In this document: positions 32,821-37,263 of the stretch, piece after piece | How the letters are laid out: every line of letters starts with the position of its first letter | Numbering within the stretch: position 1 is the stretch's first letter | Assembly: GCF_001194135.2 (NCBI RefSeq) | Contig: NC_068982.1 | Location: 83,206,188 to 83,243,450, forward strand | From: Octopus bimaculoides | Lineage: Eukaryota | Direction: 5' to 3' | DNA: 37,263 nt | The notes under the pieces: model-generated | What the model was told of the DNA's origin: nothing | The model's database searches: none | What the model saw: only the letters and a program-made list of their open reading frames with translations | Made by a program: the position numbers and the translations under genes

Positions 32821-34110
32821 ATGTAAACATTTTCTTCAAACTACCCCTTTTTAATAAAACATATAATTTGATAATTTAATACTACTCCTGTATACTTTAT
32901 ATCTAGTATTCTAATATTCTATATTTTACTAGTTTAATTTTTAGCACTGAATAGCTATAAGTTAGCAAAGCAAACAATCACTATTCGTACGGTCCAGTTC
33001 ACTTTTGTCACTATTCACGAAATCCTCCATCTTCTGCCTTCCGACAACAATGAATCCCCTGTCCAGATCCTATATTACGTTTAACCATATACAGTAGATT
33101 CCCCCGATAGATAGAGATATGTTTTATATATTTATACCTTTACACGTTTATACACGTTTATTTTTCTTATGCCATCCTTTAGGATCCTCCTCCCTTAGTC
33201 ATATTGTTTTAGTTATCGCACTTACTCACTTATCTGCTTGTTCTTATTTTTTTTTTTTTTTTTGCTCATTTACTTGCCCATAATGGCCATGGTTTACTTA
33301 TTTAGTTTTTTGTCTTGTTTTGTTTTGTTTTATCGGTTAACCATCATGGTTTTCAAAAAATAGCTGACCAATTAGGTTATAGGACTGACCATGACCCCCA
33401 CCCCACTACACACAGGGATTCCGAGACTTGTTAATCGGCAAAAAATAACCAACACTAACACTGCACTTTGGTCCCACCTGGTTCCTTACTCTCATTAGTA
33501 CACTCATATACCAAGTTTTCCCATGATGGTTCACCATCATAGGCTGCTTATGTCATACCATCCACAACGTTGCATTAACTAAATGGCACTTTACATATAA
33601 ACGTTCACCTCTGTAACACGGACAATACCTTCAAATCCACCACTGTATTTCTATGTAAACATAATGTGAATTTCTATGTAAACATAATGCGAACTACTGC
33701 CTAAATTCACCTGAAAAACTCCTCCTGAGAACGACTATATTCACCTATCCACAATTGGACGAAATAACATGGATCTTGGAATACATCACGGGAAGCCTCT
33801 AGCTTATTCCCTTTCCTATACCCAAAGCTGTGCTTCGCTAACATCCTCATGTTTGCTGTGCTTCACTAACATCCTCATGTTTGCTCCTATTCCTTTTCTG
33901 CCCTTTTAAAAAGTCAAACACACTGTACCTATTATTAACTGTTTTTTTTTTATATGTATTAACCCTCCCAACCACTTAGACCATCTGAAGAAGCCTAGAG
34001 GCACATTCATCATCTAAACTTTATCTGCCCATCCTTACAGAACACTGGAGATGGAGATGGCATGGAGGATTTCGTTGCCTCTTGCCTGAAACGGCCGTAA
34101 GGAACTTAGT
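32480..34110 (+). mobile_element. Highly decayed probable Penelope-like element ending in a hammerhead-bearing terminal region
   Basis: Weak motifs (HYVQSDNG, GFRDLLIGKK, EITWIL) plus a 3' hammerhead; the protein evidence is poor. Confidence 0.4.
33978..34104 (+). ncRNA. Type I hammerhead motif with extended stem II and palindromic stem III
   Basis: CTGAAGA (33985-33991), agcctagaggcac pairing with gttgcctcttgcct, GAAA (34088-34091), palindrome ACGGCCGT, GUA cleavage triplet at 34097-34099; stem I is weak. Confidence 0.6.
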
Positions 34111-35359
34111 ACTTTCTGACAATCTGATCTTTTGCTCTTTTCTGTTCTTTTCTGTAATATTAGTACATGTGTGTGTAACACATAGTTATTACATGTGTAT
34201 GTATTCTTCTAATACTTTCTAATACTTTGGAATAAATAGACATACTAGAATGTCTGCCAGCTGATGTATGTCGTTTTTGTAGCCTCTCTGTTTTCTTATT
34301 TGCCGTATAAATTAAGGGTAAATATATATAAATCTTTAGTTAAATATATTCAATGAGAATATTATATACTGAATTTATATTGAGTGCTCTATTGTATCAA
34401 AGTATTAATACTATTAAAGTATTTATGTATTTAACACGAGTGATTGTATATATATTTTATAATATATTATTATTAATATCATGAAATCAATATTGGAAAA
34501 TTCATCGAAAGGTTATATACATGTGTAGAGTAATTGTTGTATTAAAACTATATATAAAAATATATGTAAATATGTATAAGTATAAATATATAATACAATA
34601 ATAATAAATATGTCAGTTTAAAAATTTTGAATTAGGTTTTAAATTATCTTACGATCGTTTCACAAAAGCGCTGTCTTAATAATGGAATCCTATATTGATA
34701 AGCAATTATAGACAATTCTTCTGCTCTTCAGAGATATAAAATTTCGAATTTGTATAATTTATCAAATGGTATTTTTTAAAAGTTTGTTTGAAATATAAAT
34801 CAAATATTAAATACACGATTAGATGAAAAGCGCTTTATTTAATTTATAAAACATGTGACATNNNNNNNNNNNNNNNNNNNNNNNNNNNNNNNNNNNNNNN
34901 NNNNNNNNNNNNNNNNNNNNNNNNNNNNNNNNNNNNNNNNNNNNNNNNNNNNNNNNNNNNNGTGTATGTGTGTTTTTTGTGTCGGTGGGGATGTTAGGTG
35001 TGTGTACGTGAAAGTGTGCGTATATCTATTTTTGAGTATGTATGTGTTGTTTTAATCGTCCTTGAGGTGTGTGTGTGTGTGAGAGAGAGCAACCGTATGT
35101 ATGTGCGTGTGAGGGTGTGTACATAAGTGTGCGTCTGTGTGTGTATGTATGTGTGCATCTGTGTGTGTGCGTGGGAGTGTTTTATGTGAGTGTGGGAGTG
35201 TGTGTGTACGCTTATGAAATTTATACATAAATATTTGCTTAAAATAACATATTTTTACATTTATTTATTTAACAGTATTTAACAAATAGGTTTATTGTCA
35301 ATTAAAAGATTTCCATTAAAAAACATATATAAAATCAAATTGCCCATAAAAAGTATTTG

Positions 35360-35430
35360 CTATCTACGGACCCCCTGTCTTGTCCTTGCGGACACCCTGT
35401 GGTCCGCGGACCACAGTTTGAAAACCCCTG
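35360..35430 (+). mobile_element. Probable hAT-type transposon/MITE right end
   Basis: 20-bp perfect palindrome ctgtggtccgcggaccacag (35397-35416) followed by tttgaaaacccctg; no left end found. Confidence 0.55.
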
Positions 35431-35583
35431 GTCTACGCTACGTTTAGGCCAATTCTTATTGTCCGTGTATGCACCTTTAAAATGTGTAGCATACATTCAA
35501 GTGAAATTCCTCTCCCCTTTATTATTTATACAGGCATTCGAACATAGCAGATAACAGCTAGCCTTTGGTCGCTATTTGGACCC

Positions 35584-36496
35584 CGTTGTGTCCACTACTC
35601 TGATTGGTTGGTACTGGCGCAATTTGTCTCTTACTCTGTTGCGCCAATCTGCTGCATATAACCAATCGGAGCTCTAAATAAGATCACGTGAGACAGCCTG
35701 CTCTCAACCCAGTTTAAACCAGCTACTCCTCGTCTCGAGGTCTTTGGTTCCAGACCTTTTAAGGTCTATCCACTGACCACACAAGACACCCAGTTCCAGC
35801 GACAACACCAGACGACAACACCCGTCCAACAGCAACACAGCATTGTTCGTGAATTACTTCACCATAGATCAACAGCAACTATATAACCTACGAGCCAGAT
35901 GACAACACCCATCCAACAGCATTACGGCAATCTCTTTCTTCGTCGCACTATCGTTTTGTTAACGTCGTCAACATCATCTCTCTACGTACACAGCAACCAG
36001 CGGCTCGCCCTGGTTTCAACACAGCACTGTTCGTGAATTACTTCACTATGGATCAACAGCAAATATACAACCTGCGAGAACTCCTGTACCAAGTGACCCA
36101 GGCAGCAGCATTACAGCCACAACTACGTACGACATGTACCGCAACTCCGGCTCCGCATCATCGCCGCAACTTCTTGATACAGTATGTCAACTACCGTGTG
36201 CAATTGATTACGAACTGGTACTCTCATTTCTTGTGTCTATGAACATTCGTCTGACTTCTCATTATAGACTCTTTCACTGTCAGCTTCATTGCTATTCTTA
36301 TATGTACTTAATGCACACGCATACATCCATTCCTAAACACACATACACTTTGTTCTCATGACGGCCTGTCTATAATTCTGTATACATGACGCACACACAA
36401 ACACACGCTAACATATCAATAAATCATCTCTCAAACTTTCTACTCGGTTGTGCCTCTCTCGTTATTAAATGGTTTCCCCACGTGAGACCACAACCA
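35584..36496 (+). mobile_element. Possible solo LTR or other non-coding repeat
   Basis: Imperfect inverted ends (cgttgtg...cacaacca), CCAAT-containing hairpin, internal 62-bp direct repeats (35833-35894, 36017-36078), AATAAA at 36418; no TSD. Confidence 0.35.
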
Positions 36497-36805
36497 TCTA
36501 TAAGGGTGACCAGACTTAGAACACGCATTTCTTTCCGTAGTTTAGTGCCAGATTTCATTTTACTTTAATGACCAACTGTTCTTACTAATTTCACCTTTTC
36601 GCTACAAATGCACTATGATTTTATAAAAGAATGGCCCCTTCTGGGTATATTGGCTGCTATTTCTTCCTTCTCTCGAATGGAGAATTTATTCCAACAGAAT
36701 AGTAAGCCTTTATGTGCGTGCGTGCATGCTTGCGTATGTGTGTGTGTGTGTGCCTGTGTGTGTCTGTGTGTGTGCGTGTGTGTGTATTTAAAAACTATAT
36801 AATTA

Positions 36806-37226
36806 TCTATAATATAAATTGGACATGGGCGATCGTTGTATTCTTTCTTGTTTTGAGGTTCACAGCCAAACGACTGGGTGGATTCGCATGAAAAATGGCA
36901 CACGTGTGGGGACGTGTGCATAGATTGGAATTCGGTTTGAATTTTTTTCTGGCCCCCATACTTACCGAGAAAATCGGTTAAACATTTTTTAATGGAATTC
37001 CCGTTTGTTCCGCCATTAAAACAAACAGTTACTCACACAACCGGCATATACCATTTCGCTAGCAACAAGGGGAGTACAGGATGACAGTCAGCCAAAACTT
37101 TCGCTATGCTGTCTCTCTTTCACCTCTTTGTGGAGTTAATAATCTTAATCTTTAGTTACAGTTTCTCATTGAAATTAGAAGAGGGGACTATCTTTTGAAG
37201 TTGGCGTGAAGCAGAGGAATTGATGT

Positions 37227-37263
<37 letters not shown>
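36806..37263 (+). mobile_element. Helitron 5' portion, related to 19300-19904, running off the window
   Basis: A|TCTATAATATAAATT...attctttcttgt..ttcac.g.caaacg.ctgggtgga matches the first copy; both carry (GT)n downstream. Confidence 0.7.

Noticed and set aside
36501-36520. agggtgaccaga resembles a hAT TIR
   Set aside because: No matching opposite end or TSD in the window.
1-37263. CRISPR array or prokaryotic operon
   Set aside because: No repeat-spacer array is present, and the content is eukaryotic transposon DNA.

Overview
No host protein-coding gene, rRNA or intact tRNA is recognisable. The window is a transposon- and microsatellite-dense stretch of an invertebrate genome. The repeat families and the density of simple repeats suggest an octopus, but that is inference. 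There are six N gaps: 1969-2078, 8432-8882, 14320-14479, 16567-16730, 22197-22514 and 34862-34961. Most ORFs in the supplied track are microsatellite artefacts. From left to right the window holds: (1) Penelope-like remnants; (2) a ~10 kb pile-up (3.4-13.3 kb) of RLE-type R4/Dong-like LINE fragments bordered by (AAT)n, containing an ~820-bp head-to-head palindrome with a tRNA-like head and a minimal hammerhead-like motif; (3) mariner fragments, a foldback element and an APE-type LINE remnant; (4) a mariner with a complete non-autonomous Helitron nested in it; (5) an RT/RNaseH-less Gypsy element whose two LTRs are each interrupted by a different, related ORF1-only (Tx1/L1-like, ORF2-less) retroelement at nearly the same LTR position, which is the most unusual feature; (6) a Tigger-type MITE, more Penelope remnants with a second hammerhead, a hAT end, a possible solo LTR and a second Helitron 5' end. 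Family assignments come from motif recognition only; no database search was possible.
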